NCBI GenBank assembly: GCA_963752285.1
Contig: CAVVXN010000005.1
Span: forward strand, 2,208,001-2,272,000
DNA from: an uncultured Planctomycetota bacterium
GTDB lineage: Bacteria > Planctomycetota > PLA2 > JAEUHO01
Direction: 5' to 3'
DNA length: 64,000 bases
The notes beneath the pieces were generated by a model, which made no database searches, was not told the origin of the DNA, and worked only from the letters and a program-made list of their open reading frames with translations. This document shows, in pieces, positions 38,440 through 48,319 of this stretch; within the stretch, counting starts at the first letter, position 1; every line of letters begins with the position of its first letter. The translations under genes were made by a program, and so were the position numbers.

Positions 38440-40095
38440 TCAGGGGGCGGGGAAGACGAGGTCCTCGCCGCCCAGGTCCGTCACGTGGAGGACGGCCGAC
38501 CCGTCGGGATACGGGCCGAGCGTCGGGCCTGCGAGCGGGTCGCGGCGCGCGGCGCTCTCCGCCGCGTGTACCGCGCCCAGCGCGTCTTCGCCCGCGCGGA
38601 GCTCGGTCGTGCCCAGCCGTCCCGCGGCGGGGAAGGAGCCCCACCCGGGCACCTCGACGCGGAGCGCCGAGACCGCCACGTCGGGGGGCAACGCGTCGTA
38701 GAGCCGGAACGCGTGCCCGGGCCGGACGCGCGCCGGGGTCCGCGCCGCACGCCCGGCCACGACCGTCACGCCACCGAGGTCCGCGGTCTCGCCCGTCGCG
38801 GGCAGCGCGATCACCACGTCGTACGTCCCCGGACGGAGCGAGAAGCGAAGCGTGTCGGCAGCTTCCCGCGTCGGCGTCTCGGCCTGCCAACCGAGCCGGC
38901 TCCAAGCGCCGTCCAGGCGGCGCACGAACGCGAACGGCGCGAGCGCGCTCCCCTCGCGCTCGAGACCCTGGCCCGTGACCGGGAGGCCCGTCACGACGAG
39001 GTCGCCCGCCGCCGCGAGACTTCCAAGCCGCACGACCTCGCGCACCTCGCGGCCGGGCGCGTCGAGCTCGAACGAGCGGATCTCCGGCTCGCGACCCTCC
39101 GCCGTGACCTCGAGCGAATACGCGCCGGGCGGGAGGGGGAGATCGGCCTCGATCACGTCCGGGGTGTCGTCCGTCGTGTAGGTCACGGCCGTCGGGTCGC
39201 CGCGGGCGTCGTACACCTCGAGGTGCACCGACTCGGCGAGCGCTTCGCCCGTCGCGGGGTCGAGAACGTCGAGGACGAGCCGCCCCGGAGGCGCGACCAC
39301 GAGCCAGACGCCGCGCCCGCCGGGCTCCGCCACGGCCTCCGGGGGGTCGGTGACGAGGTCCAACGCCTCGACCACCACCGGCACCGGGCGGTCGAAGCGG
39401 AGCGTGGCACGCCCGTCCTCGTCGGTCGTCTCGAGCACGGTCGCAAGCGGCGACTCCGGGCCCGCCCACGCAGGGACCGCGCCGTGCCGCGTCGCCGGCC
39501 GCCCGCGCACCATCGCCTGGGCGACCGGCGCCCCGCCGGGCTCCGTGAGCCGAACCTCGACGAGGACGAGCGGCGGGAGACGGATGTCCACCTCGCGGCC
39601 CGTCTCCACCTGGTCCCCGTCCAGGAACGCGGGGGCGAGCCCCTCGCCCCGCGCGCCGATCCACGTGCCGGGGAGCGGCCGGGCCGCGAGTCGGAACGCG
39701 CCGTCCTCCCCCGCGACCGTGCTCGCGAACGCCCGGACGCCCATGCCCTCGCTCGCCAGCTTCGAGATCTGCCAGACCGAGGCGCGGGCGACCGGCCGGC
39801 CGTCGCCCGTGACGACACGCCCCGCGAGCACCCGTCCGGGGCCGACGTCCGCTGGCCCCGGGACACGGAAGACCCCGCGGGGCGGCGGCAAGACGCGGGT
39901 CGCGCCGCGCCGGGGTGCGACGGCCCCGGGCTGCCCGACGAGCCCGCGCGCGTGCCCCGGCGCCGGGGGCGTCGTCGGCGCGGCCGCGGGCGGACGCCCG
40001 AGCGCGCTGCCGAAGGGCCCCGACCCGTCCGAGAGCGCGCGCCACGCGACGAGGACGAGCAGGAGGACGGCGACGGCCAGGACGAGGCGGCGCAC
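38440..40095 (-). CDS. Membrane-anchored carboxypeptidase-regulatory-like (Ig-like) repeat protein
   Basis: N-terminal TM helix; repeated GRVVTGDGRPVA, TDEDGRA, LPPGAY, LRPGTY units. Confidence 0.75.
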   Translation of the reverse strand: MRRLVLAVAVLLLVLVAWRALSDGSGPFGSALGRPPAAAPTTPPAPGHARGLVGQPGAVAPRRGATRVLPPPRGVFRVPGPADVGPGRVLAGRVVTGDGRPVARASVWQISKLASEGMGVRAFASTVAGEDGAFRLAARPLPGTWIGARGEGLAPAFLDGDQVETGREVDIRLPPLVLVEVRLTEPGGAPVAQAMVRGRPATRHGAVPAWAGPESPLATVLETTDEDGRATLRFDRPVPVVVEALDLVTDPPEAVAEPGGRGVWLVVAPPGRLVLDVLDPATGEALAESVHLEVYDARGDPTAVTYTTDDTPDVIEADLPLPPGAYSLEVTAEGREPEIRSFELDAPGREVREVVRLGSLAAAGDLVVTGLPVTGQGLEREGSALAPFAFVRRLDGAWSRLGWQAETPTREAADTLRFSLRPGTYDVVIALPATGETADLGGVTVVAGRAARTPARVRPGHAFRLYDALPPDVAVSALRVEVPGWGSFPAAGRLGTTELRAGEDALGAVHAAESAARRDPLAGPTLGPYPDGSAVLHVTDLGGEDLVFPAP

Positions 40096-40107
40096 CGTTC
40101 GCCCCGA

Positions 40108-41562
40108 TCAGGGCGTGCGCATGCGGGCTTCGAGCACGAGGACCTGGCCCTGTCGCGCCAGGTCGATCGCCTCGCCGAGGAGGCGCGCGGCCTCCTGCGG
40201 CGCGTGGAAGCCCGTCGAGTTCTCGGAGGCCACGAGGTCGAGCCGCCAGAAGGCGCGCCGGTGGAGCGTCCGTGCGGGCGCCAGATCGTCGTCACGGATC
40301 CCCGCGTCGCGCGCCGCGCGCAACGTCACGACGAGCTCCTTGACCGCCTGCTCCGCCCGGAGCTGGAGCGACTGCGTCTTGTCCTGGATCTGGTTCACGC
40401 GGTCCACGAGCTCGTGCTCGGCATACGCGTGGCAGCTCCGGCACGCGGCCGCGACGTCGAGGACCGGGCTTCGGACGTGGTGGTCGCTGACGACGTCCGT
40501 GCCCACGCGCCGGCGCGGCATGTGACAGTCCGCGCACGCCACGCCGGACCGCCCGTGGATGCCCTGGCTCCACATCTCGAACTCCGGGTGCTGCGCCTTC
40601 AGGAGCGACGCGAGGCTGTCGGGATGGGTCCAGTCCGTGACCTCGCGCGCGTCGTAGTAGGCCTCCTCGGCCTCGGCGTCGAGGCCCCGCTCCCACGGGT
40701 ACACGAGACGCCCCGAGGCGGAGACCTCGTACTCCACGTGACACTGCGCGCAGACGAAGACACGCATCTCCTGCCGCGTCGCGTCGCGATTGGGGTCGTA
40801 CGGCGCGCGCTGGTCCCCGCGGCGCCACCGGCCGATGCTCGGCAGGGCGGGCAGCTCCGCGCGGCTCGCCGCGAGGGCGGCGATGCCCTCCAGGAACGCG
40901 GGGCGCGTGACGCGGAGGCCCATCGTGTCGGGCGTGTGGCAGTCGATGCAGGCGACCGGATGGTCCACGAGCTTCACGGCGTCCTCGTAGCGCATCCCGG
41001 AGACGACCTCGAAGCCCCGCGTGAGCTGTGCGCGGGCGTCGTCGCTGTCGAAGGGCGCGTCGAGGCGCCCCGGCGCGCCCTGGCCGAGCCCCACCTCGCG
41101 GTACGCGCGCACGATCGAGGCGTGGCAGTTGAGACACGCGCCGCGCTGCTCGACCCTCGTGACGCGCTCGCTCTCGAGCTGATCCTGCAGCATGTACGCG
41201 TGTCCGCGATCCTCGCGGTAGTCGATCGAGAACGGGTACCCGGCGTACAGGTCGCGCCAGACGGGGTCCTCGTCGAGCTTCTCGAACGCCTGGCTCCCCC
41301 CGTGACGTGTCCGGATCGAGTCCGTCGTGGCGAGGTACGCGTCGTACTCGCGCGGGTAGTCCCTCCCCCACGTCGCGGGATCCACGGTCTGCTCGTCGAG
41401 CTTCACCAGGGCGAGGCCCGCCGTCCGCGCCGCGGGCGCCGGCCGCGTCCTCGCGTCGAGGAGGAGGAGGACACCCACCGTCGAGACTCCGACCAGGAGG
41501 ACCAGGGCGAGCGGGGCCAGGCCGGCGACCCCGGCCGAGGGCGGGAGCGGGCGAGGCGTCAT
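40108..41562 (-). CDS. nrfA: Pentaheme ammonia-forming cytochrome c nitrite reductase, CxxCH-type first heme
   Basis: Five heme motifs CLNCH, CIDCH, CAQCH, CADCH, CRSCH; DRGH, CHVEY, KAQHPEFE, ENSTGFHAP. Confidence 0.9.
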   Translation of the reverse strand: MTPRPLPPSAGVAGLAPLALVLLVGVSTVGVLLLLDARTRPAPAARTAGLALVKLDEQTVDPATWGRDYPREYDAYLATTDSIRTRHGGSQAFEKLDEDPVWRDLYAGYPFSIDYREDRGHAYMLQDQLESERVTRVEQRGACLNCHASIVRAYREVGLGQGAPGRLDAPFDSDDARAQLTRGFEVVSGMRYEDAVKLVDHPVACIDCHTPDTMGLRVTRPAFLEGIAALAASRAELPALPSIGRWRRGDQRAPYDPNRDATRQEMRVFVCAQCHVEYEVSASGRLVYPWERGLDAEAEEAYYDAREVTDWTHPDSLASLLKAQHPEFEMWSQGIHGRSGVACADCHMPRRRVGTDVVSDHHVRSPVLDVAAACRSCHAYAEHELVDRVNQIQDKTQSLQLRAEQAVKELVVTLRAARDAGIRDDDLAPARTLHRRAFWRLDLVASENSTGFHAPQEAARLLGEAIDLARQGQVLVLEARMRTP

Positions 41563-41798
41563 GACGGGACCTCCGAGGGCGCGGCGCCGGCGCCGCGCGG
41601 TGCACGCGCACGGGATCGGTCGCGTCTCCGACGCCGCGGACGTCGCCGGCGGGGGCGTCGAATCGACGTCGGGCACGCGCGAGCGCGCGGCGGGGGCCCC
41701 CGGGGCGCGGTCCGCGACGCCTCGGGCGAGGCGAGCGCGACGGCGCCGGACCGGGGCGTCCCGACGGGACATCAAGGCCGATCCTCCGGGGTTCGAGT

Positions 41799-42029
41799 CT
41801 ACGCCGGGCCCGGCTTCCCTTCCAGGGGCGGGCACGCCCCCGCGCGGGGCACGCCGAGCCGCTCGAGGACCGTCATCATCGGACACCAGTTCGTGAAGGC
41901 GCTCTGGAACAGGTTGAGGCCCACGAAGCCCGTGAACGCGAGCCACCAGAGCGAGTGGACCTGCGACAGCACGACGCTCAGCATCACGAAGAACCCGGCG
42001 ATCAGCCGGAGCATTCGTTCGACGTTCAT
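41799..42029 (-). CDS. DUF2892 (YgaP-like) small membrane protein
   Basis: ERMLRLIAG...FVGLNLFQSAFTNWCP; AGGAG RBS. Confidence 0.88.
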   Translation of the reverse strand: MNVERMLRLIAGFFVMLSVVLSQVHSLWWLAFTGFVGLNLFQSAFTNWCPMMTVLERLGVPRAGACPPLEGKPGPA

Positions 42030-42109
42030 GAGGATCTCCTTCGGGCGACGAGTCTCCGCGCCGGGCGGCGGTTGGCCACCTCCCGCCCGAGAGCCCCCCG
42101 GCGGGCGCG

Positions 42110-42979
42110 TCAGTCCGCCAGGCGGCTCCGGCGGGCGAGCCCGTCCATCCCCCACCGGGCGAGGAACGAGGTCCAGGGACCGCGCGGGGCGCCCTTCCAC
42201 CGCAGCGCGTCCACGTCGAACGCGATCGGGACGTCCGTGACGAGCGTCGCGAGCCGCTTGTAGAGCGCCGCGTCGGCGCGGCGGGCGGCGAGGGTCGCCG
42301 CGAGGCGGGGCGTGCCGCGCACGTGCGCGGTCCACCGCGCCGGGTCGTCGGGAACCGCCTCGAGGGACCCGTGCGCCGCGAGGACCGCGGCCGCCGTCTT
42401 CGCTCCAAAGCCGGGCACGCCCGGGATGCCGTCGGCGGCGTCCCCCACGAGCGCGAGGAAGTCGGGTACCCGACGCGGCGGGACGCCGAGCTTCTCGACC
42501 ACGGCGGCTTCGTCGCGCACGACGTCGAGCCGCCGGTCCCACTGGACGACGAGGCCGTCTCGCACGCACTGCGCGAGGTCCTTGTCGGGGCTCGCGATCA
42601 CGACGCGATCGAACACGGCGGCGCCGAGACGCGCCGCGGTCGCGAGCGCGTCGTCGGCCTCGTGCTCCACCATGGGCCAGACGACGAGCCCGAGCGCGCG
42701 AAGCCCCGCCTCGGCGATCTCGAACTGGCCGAGGAGCCCGGGGTCCACGCCCTCGCCCGTCTTGTAGCCGGCGAAGAGACGGTTCCGGAACGACTCGATC
42801 ACGTGGTCGGTGGCGATGCCCACGTGGGTCACGTCGTCCCGCGCGAGCAGCGCCAGCATCGACTGGAGGAGGCCGTACGTCGCGCCCACCTCGGTCCCGT
42901 CGGGCGCCGTACGCGCGGGCACGGCGAAGTACGAGCGAAAGAGCTCGTACGTCCCGTCTACGACGTGAAGCGAGGTCAC
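42110..42979 (-). CDS. Stand-alone 5'-3' exonuclease / flap endonuclease
   Basis: VDG, FRN...YK, EADD, SPDKDL, LVGDAADGIPGVPGFGAKTA; GTG overlaps the upstream TGA. Confidence 0.9.
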   Translation of the reverse strand: MTSLHVVDGTYELFRSYFAVPARTAPDGTEVGATYGLLQSMLALLARDDVTHVGIATDHVIESFRNRLFAGYKTGEGVDPGLLGQFEIAEAGLRALGLVVWPMVEHEADDALATAARLGAAVFDRVVIASPDKDLAQCVRDGLVVQWDRRLDVVRDEAAVVEKLGVPPRRVPDFLALVGDAADGIPGVPGFGAKTAAAVLAAHGSLEAVPDDPARWTAHVRGTPRLAATLAARRADAALYKRLATLVTDVPIAFDVDALRWKGAPRGPWTSFLARWGMDGLARRSRLAD

Positions 42980-43500
42980 GTCTCGGTCTCGACGCCGCCC
43001 TCCGCGAGCGCACGGACGAACGCGTCCGGGTCCGCGCTGCCCACGAGCAGACGACGTCCGTCGGCGAGCTGGAGTCGCACGCCGCGGTGGCCCTGGACCG
43101 TCCACGCCCATCCCCTCGAGAACCACCACCGGAGGCCCCAGCCGCCGTACTCGCGGATCGGGTGGTACGTCACGGCGCGCGCGGACGAGATCTCGCCAAA
43201 GGGGATGCGGCGGTGTCGGAGCGGAACGTAGCGGAGGTCCAGCGCGTCCGCGCCGACGACCGTCTCGAGCCGGAGCGCGAGGAAGAAGACGGGCAGGACG
43301 ACGCCCATGCCGATCGCAATCAGGGTGAGCGAGGTGTCGGGCGCCGGTCGCGTGCCCCAGGGGATCCCGAGCACGACCTGCACGACGAAGCCCCACCACG
43401 CGAGCCCCACGATCGAGGCGACGAGGAGCCAGACCCAGAACATCCGCATCCGCTGGACCTCGCGGAAGCGGACGCCGGACGGGGACACGGGCTCGGCCAC
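42976..43500 (-). CDS. DUF6141-like membrane protein (two TM helices plus PH-like domain)
   Basis: FREVQR, YHPIREYGGWGLR, LLVGS. Confidence 0.75.
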   Translation of the reverse strand: MAEPVSPSGVRFREVQRMRMFWVWLLVASIVGLAWWGFVVQVVLGIPWGTRPAPDTSLTLIAIGMGVVLPVFFLALRLETVVGADALDLRYVPLRHRRIPFGEISSARAVTYHPIREYGGWGLRWWFSRGWAWTVQGHRGVRLQLADGRRLLVGSADPDAFVRALAEGGVETET

Positions 43501-43520
43501 GCTTGGAGGCTACGCCCCGC

Positions 43521-45182
43521 TCAGCGCGTCGCGACGCGCGGGTCGAGCGAGGCGAGGGCCAGGTCGCCGTTCTCTCCCTCGAGGGCGTACCGGAGCACGC
43601 CGATGACGCGGCCGTCCTTGCTGCGGACGGACGCCTGCCCGTCCACGACCGCCACGAACACGCGGTCGTACGGGGTCGCACGGAGCCAGCCGGCCAGGGC
43701 GTCGATCGCGGGCTTCCGCCGGGCGAGGGTCGGCCGGACCGACGCGTGGGCCACGGCCGGCAGGTACTGGAGCACCGTCGCCTCGGAGGCGAGGGGAAGC
43801 GCCCCCGGCCCGCGCGCGCGCGCGGCGGCGAGCAGGCCCTCGATCACCACACGGAGCCGCCCCGGAACGCCCGCGGCGAACGGCTCGGTCTCGACCGGAG
43901 GGAGCGTCAGGTCGTCGGGGAAGCGCTCGACCACCCAGTTCGCGTAGACGACCTCCATGCGGTCGCCCGAGGTCGCCAGCGTCACGTCCACCTTGCCGAC
44001 GATGTGCACGCCGCTCGTGAGGTACGCCTGCACGCGGATCGTGGCGGGGACCACGCCGTCGGCCTGCGGAAACGCCTCGCGCGCCTCCTTGAACAGCTGG
44101 GTGACGCCGAGCCCCTGCCGGCGACGCTTCACGAAGAGCGAGCCCGGCACGTCCCGGAGCTCCGGGTCGGTCACGATCCGGTCCAGCCAGCCGCCGAGCA
44201 CCCCACTCCACGCGAGCACGCCGGTCTGCGCATCGGCGAAGGCCGACGCGGGGACCTCGCCTCCGCGCGCGGCGTAGGACGGCAGCGGGTGTTCGACGAC
44301 GCTCTGGGGGGTCTTGTCGCGACCGGGGTTCGGGATCGGCTCCAGCACGAGCTGGAACGCGCCGGGCTCTGCCGCGCCGTCGTCGGGCCACGGCGTCTTG
44401 CGCGGCCGGATCGGCGGAACCTGCACCGGCATCGGGTCGGGCGGAAGGACCGCGTCCTCCACCCACACCTGGGGGACGATCGCCTGGTTCGATGTGTCCA
44501 CCATCATGCGGTACTTCATCCGCACGGCGGCGCACCCCGCGCGGTAGAGGAGGTCGATGGCCTGGATCGCGTCCTGCGCCTTCGTGCGCACGCCCACGCT
44601 CACCTCGGCCACGACGGGCTGGAAGTGCTGGATCGCGGCCTCGGCCGCGAGGTAGAGACGCGGCATGTAGGAGGGCTTGTCGCCGCGCGTCTCGAGACGG
44701 ACCTCGAGCTTCCGCGCGGTGCCGGCGGTCCCGTTGGCGGCGGGCGGTCGGCCGTAGGGAAGGAAGAGCGGGAACCCGAAGAGACCGTCGCCCGACTCCG
44801 CGCGCACCTCGATCCCGACGCGCGTCAGACCGACCTGCTGGCACGTGCCCAGCACGCTGACGACCCCGCCCCATTCCTGGTCGGCCGGCATCACCATCCA
44901 GACGTCGTGCGTCCGCCCCGCGGCCGCGGCCTGCTTGGCGCGGTCCGCGAGGACCTGCTGGAGCGTCTGGGCGTCCACGTCGGTCGGATCCCTGTCGATA
45001 CGGAAGAAGCCGCGGTCGCCGAGCGTGACCCACGTCCGGTCCGTGGACGGGATCGGCGCGCAGGTGCCGGCGACCGGCAGGCGCTCCGCCGAGACGTCGG
45101 GCACGTGAGGGCCCGCGAGGGCGGGCGCCGCGAGCGCGACCGTGCCGAGGAGAACGAAGGAGAGGCGGACGAGAGGTCGCAT
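43521..45182 (-). CDS. Secreted protein with N-terminal ExbD-like domain(s)
   Basis: Signal peptide ending PALA-G; VWMVMPADQEWGGVVSVLGTCQQVGLTRVGI resembles the ExbD/TolR periplasmic domain. Confidence 0.65.
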   Translation of the reverse strand: MRPLVRLSFVLLGTVALAAPALAGPHVPDVSAERLPVAGTCAPIPSTDRTWVTLGDRGFFRIDRDPTDVDAQTLQQVLADRAKQAAAAGRTHDVWMVMPADQEWGGVVSVLGTCQQVGLTRVGIEVRAESGDGLFGFPLFLPYGRPPAANGTAGTARKLEVRLETRGDKPSYMPRLYLAAEAAIQHFQPVVAEVSVGVRTKAQDAIQAIDLLYRAGCAAVRMKYRMMVDTSNQAIVPQVWVEDAVLPPDPMPVQVPPIRPRKTPWPDDGAAEPGAFQLVLEPIPNPGRDKTPQSVVEHPLPSYAARGGEVPASAFADAQTGVLAWSGVLGGWLDRIVTDPELRDVPGSLFVKRRRQGLGVTQLFKEAREAFPQADGVVPATIRVQAYLTSGVHIVGKVDVTLATSGDRMEVVYANWVVERFPDDLTLPPVETEPFAAGVPGRLRVVIEGLLAAARARGPGALPLASEATVLQYLPAVAHASVRPTLARRKPAIDALAGWLRATPYDRVFVAVVDGQASVRSKDGRVIGVLRYALEGENGDLALASLDPRVATR

Positions 45183-45390
45183 CGGGCGGGTCTCCGGGAG
45201 GGCGACGCCCGCCCGCGGGGCGAGCCAGAACGTCTCGAGGCAGACGGCCTAGAGTGTGCGGGCGCACGGGGGCCGGTCCAGCCCGGACGCACTCGCGGCC
45301 CCTCGGCGCGTGGACGGATCCCGATCGGAGCCGCGGTCGCCGAGCACGTCGGGTGGTAGCCTCGCGCCCCGACCCCCTCCGGAGCCCCCG

Positions 45391-47820
45391 ATGCGCCGCG
45401 CCTCGCTCCTCGCGCCCCTCCTCGCGCTCCTGCTCGTCTCGGGACGGGTCACGCCCGCCGAGGCCGAGGCGGCGCTGACGCCAAGGACCCGCGACTACGA
45501 CCTGATCCACCTGGACCTGGCCGTGGAGCTCGACGTGGACGCCGGGACGGTCAAGGGGCGCGCCGCGCTCTCGTTCACCTCGACGGTCGAGCACCTGAGA
45601 CGGCTGCGGCTCCACCAGACCGACCTCCAGGTGCTCGCGGTGACCGACGAGAACGGGACGCCCCTCGTGTGGCGGATCGAGGACGGCCTGCTCGTGGCGG
45701 ACCTCGCCGAGCCCCTCGCGAAGGGAGACCGCGCGGAGGTGCGCGTCCTGTACCGCGCGCGGCCGAAGCACGGTCTCTACTTCCACGCCCCGACGAAGGC
45801 GCACCCGTTGACGCCGAGGCTCGTCTACAGCCAGGGCGAGGGCGAGGACAACCGCTGCTGGTTCCCCTGCTACGACCTGCCCGACGACCGCTTCTCGTGG
45901 GACCTCCACGTGACCGTCCCCCGGGACCTGGTCACGGTCTCGAACGGGGTCCGCACGGGAAGCGAGCCGACGGACGACGGCCGGCGCACCGACGACTGGC
46001 GCTTCGCGGGTCGCGCGCCGTCGTATCTCGTGAGCGTCGCGGCGGGGCCGTTCGGCGTCGTCGAGGACCACGCGGGCGACGTGGCCCTCGAGTACGTGGT
46101 CCCGTCCGGGCACGAGGACGAGGCCCGCGAGGCGCTCGCCCACACGCCCGAGATGATCGCGTTCTACTCGTCGTGGCTCGGCGCGCCGTACCCGTGGCCG
46201 CGGTACGCCCAGACGTTCGTCTGGGACTTCGTGTACGGCGGCATGGAGAACGTGACGGCGACCACGCTGAACATGCGGGCGCTGCATCGGCCGGAGGCGC
46301 GTCCGAACTACGACCCGGACGGCCTCGTCGCGCACGAGCTCGCGCACATGTGGTTCGGCGACCTGCTGACCTGCCGAACCTTCGACGACATCTGGCTGAA
46401 CGAGGGCTTCGCGACGTACCTCTGCGACCTCTGGTACGAGCACCGGGACGGTCACGACGCGTTCCTCGAGCGCCGTCGGAGCCAGAACCGGTCGTACATG
46501 GACGGAACGCCGAACGCGGCGGGCCTGGGCCTCGAACGCGATCCGCGCGGCGACAAGCCCCTCGAGCTCCAGGGGGGCAAGCAGTACAGCCGCGGCGCCG
46601 CGATCCTCCACATGCTCCGCCTCGAGCTCGGGGACGAGCTCTTCCAGAAGGCGATCCGCGCGTACGTGAAGGAGCACCAAGACGACGCCGTCTCGAGCGA
46701 GGACCTCCGGCACACGGTGGAGGAGGTCGCCGGCCGTGACCTCTCGTGGTTCTTCGACCAGTGGGTGTACGGCGCGGGCTACCCGGTGCTCGACGTGCGG
46801 TTCGACGCGGGTCAGGGCCGCCTGGACGTCCGCCAGGTCCAGGAGCGGCGCGGCGGGCAGGGCCTGTTCCGCTTCACGCTCTGGGTGCGCGCGGGGCCCG
46901 ACGGTCCCGTCCTCCCGCTCCGGGTCTGGCGCGATCACCACGCGTTCCAGATCGCGGACGGCAAGCACCCGCCGCCGTACGTCCGCGTCGGCGTAGGGGA
47001 CGACCTCCTCGCGCGGGTTCGCTTCAACGCGGGCCCGGTCGCGTGGGCGGCGCTGCTGACGGAGGACCCGGACGTCACGGGTCGCCTCGACGCGGTGGAA
47101 GCGCTGGAGGCGGAGGGGGAGAAGGCCTTGCCGGCCCTTGCCACCGCGGCGCGGTCGGACGCCGCGTGGTCGGTCCGCGCCGCGGCGGTCCGGGCCCTCG
47201 GGCCGATGGACCTCGGCCCCGAGAGCGCCCAGCCGCTGGTGGGCGAGGCCCTCCTCGCGGCCGCGAGGGATCCGGATCCCCGCGTGCGCGAGGCCGCGTT
47301 CGACCAGCTCGGGGGACGGCCCCGGGACGAGGTGGCGGCGACGCTCCTCACGGCCGTGAAGGAGGAGACCCACGACTACCCGCGCGCCGCCGCCGCGCGC
47401 TCGCTCGGACGCGTCCAGGCCTCCGGCGCGTACGACGCGCTGCTCGACCTTCTCTCCGTGGACTCCCACGAAGACGTGGTGCGGGCGGGCGCGCTCGAGG
47501 GCATGCGCGCCCTCGGCGACCCGCGCGCGGCGGGCGTCGCCCGCACGTACTGCGACTACGGGTGGGACTGCGGGGGCACGGAGAGGCTGCGCTACGCCGC
47601 GATCGACGCCGTGGTCGCGCTCGAGCCGGACGCGCCCGAGACGCTCTCGCTGCTCGTCTCGCTCCTCGACGACCCGCACCGGGACATGCGCCGCAAGGCC
47701 GCGGAGTGGTGCGGCGACGACCACGTGGACGCGGCGCGCGACCGCCTGAAGCGGATGGTGCGCGAGGACCCCGACGAGGGCGTCCGCCACGCGGCCAAGC
47801 GTGCGCTCGAGAAGCTCTGA
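45391..47820 (+). CDS. Secreted M1-family aminopeptidase with C-terminal HEAT repeats
   Basis: GGMEN, HELAH...WLNEGFATY, YSRG; HEAT repeats; signal peptide. Confidence 0.92.
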   Translation: MRRASLLAPLLALLLVSGRVTPAEAEAALTPRTRDYDLIHLDLAVELDVDAGTVKGRAALSFTSTVEHLRRLRLHQTDLQVLAVTDENGTPLVWRIEDGLLVADLAEPLAKGDRAEVRVLYRARPKHGLYFHAPTKAHPLTPRLVYSQGEGEDNRCWFPCYDLPDDRFSWDLHVTVPRDLVTVSNGVRTGSEPTDDGRRTDDWRFAGRAPSYLVSVAAGPFGVVEDHAGDVALEYVVPSGHEDEAREALAHTPEMIAFYSSWLGAPYPWPRYAQTFVWDFVYGGMENVTATTLNMRALHRPEARPNYDPDGLVAHELAHMWFGDLLTCRTFDDIWLNEGFATYLCDLWYEHRDGHDAFLERRRSQNRSYMDGTPNAAGLGLERDPRGDKPLELQGGKQYSRGAAILHMLRLELGDELFQKAIRAYVKEHQDDAVSSEDLRHTVEEVAGRDLSWFFDQWVYGAGYPVLDVRFDAGQGRLDVRQVQERRGGQGLFRFTLWVRAGPDGPVLPLRVWRDHHAFQIADGKHPPPYVRVGVGDDLLARVRFNAGPVAWAALLTEDPDVTGRLDAVEALEAEGEKALPALATAARSDAAWSVRAAAVRALGPMDLGPESAQPLVGEALLAAARDPDPRVREAAFDQLGGRPRDEVAATLLTAVKEETHDYPRAAAARSLGRVQASGAYDALLDLLSVDSHEDVVRAGALEGMRALGDPRAAGVARTYCDYGWDCGGTERLRYAAIDAVVALEPDAPETLSLLVSLLDDPHRDMRRKAAEWCGDDHVDAARDRLKRMVREDPDEGVRHAAKRALEKL

Positions 47821-47856
47821 GCGGCCGGGTCGCCGGGCGCGCGCCCGGGCCGTCGT

Positions 47857-48216
47857 TCAGTTGGCGGCCTTCGACGGCTCCGGGATGTTCCAGCCCTGGC
47901 CCTTCTCGGCCTCCTGGATCTCCTCGAGGAGCTTTGCGCTCGGCAGCGGGTCCTGCCCCTCGGTCACGTTCGCGCCCGCTTCCCAGAGGGAGGCGTTCTT
48001 CTCCTCCCAGTCGGCGTACTCGGGCGGGATCTCGTGGTCGGGGTAGATCGCGTTGATCGGGCACGCGGGGACGCAGGCCTCGCAGTCGATGCAGGTCCCG
48101 GGGTCGATGACGAGCATGTGGGGGTCCTGGACCTCCCAGAAGCAGGTCACGGGACACTCGACGACGCAGTACGTGTAGCGGCAGTCGACGCAACGACCGG
48201 TGACGACGTGGGTCAT
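47857..48216 (-). CDS. Ferredoxin, FdxA (7Fe) family
   Basis: CVDCRYTYCVVECPVTCF and CIDCEACVPACP; GGAG RBS. Confidence 0.92.
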   Translation of the reverse strand: MTHVVTGRCVDCRYTYCVVECPVTCFWEVQDPHMLVIDPGTCIDCEACVPACPINAIYPDHEIPPEYADWEEKNASLWEAGANVTEGQDPLPSAKLLEEIQEAEKGQGWNIPEPSKAAN

Positions 48217-48319
48217 GATGCTCTCCGAGTCCGGCGTTCGGCCGGCGAGGATAGCCAGCGCGGCGCGAGAGACCAACCGCTCGCCAACCGAGCGCGTCTT
48301 CCCCGGAGGGGCCCCCTCC

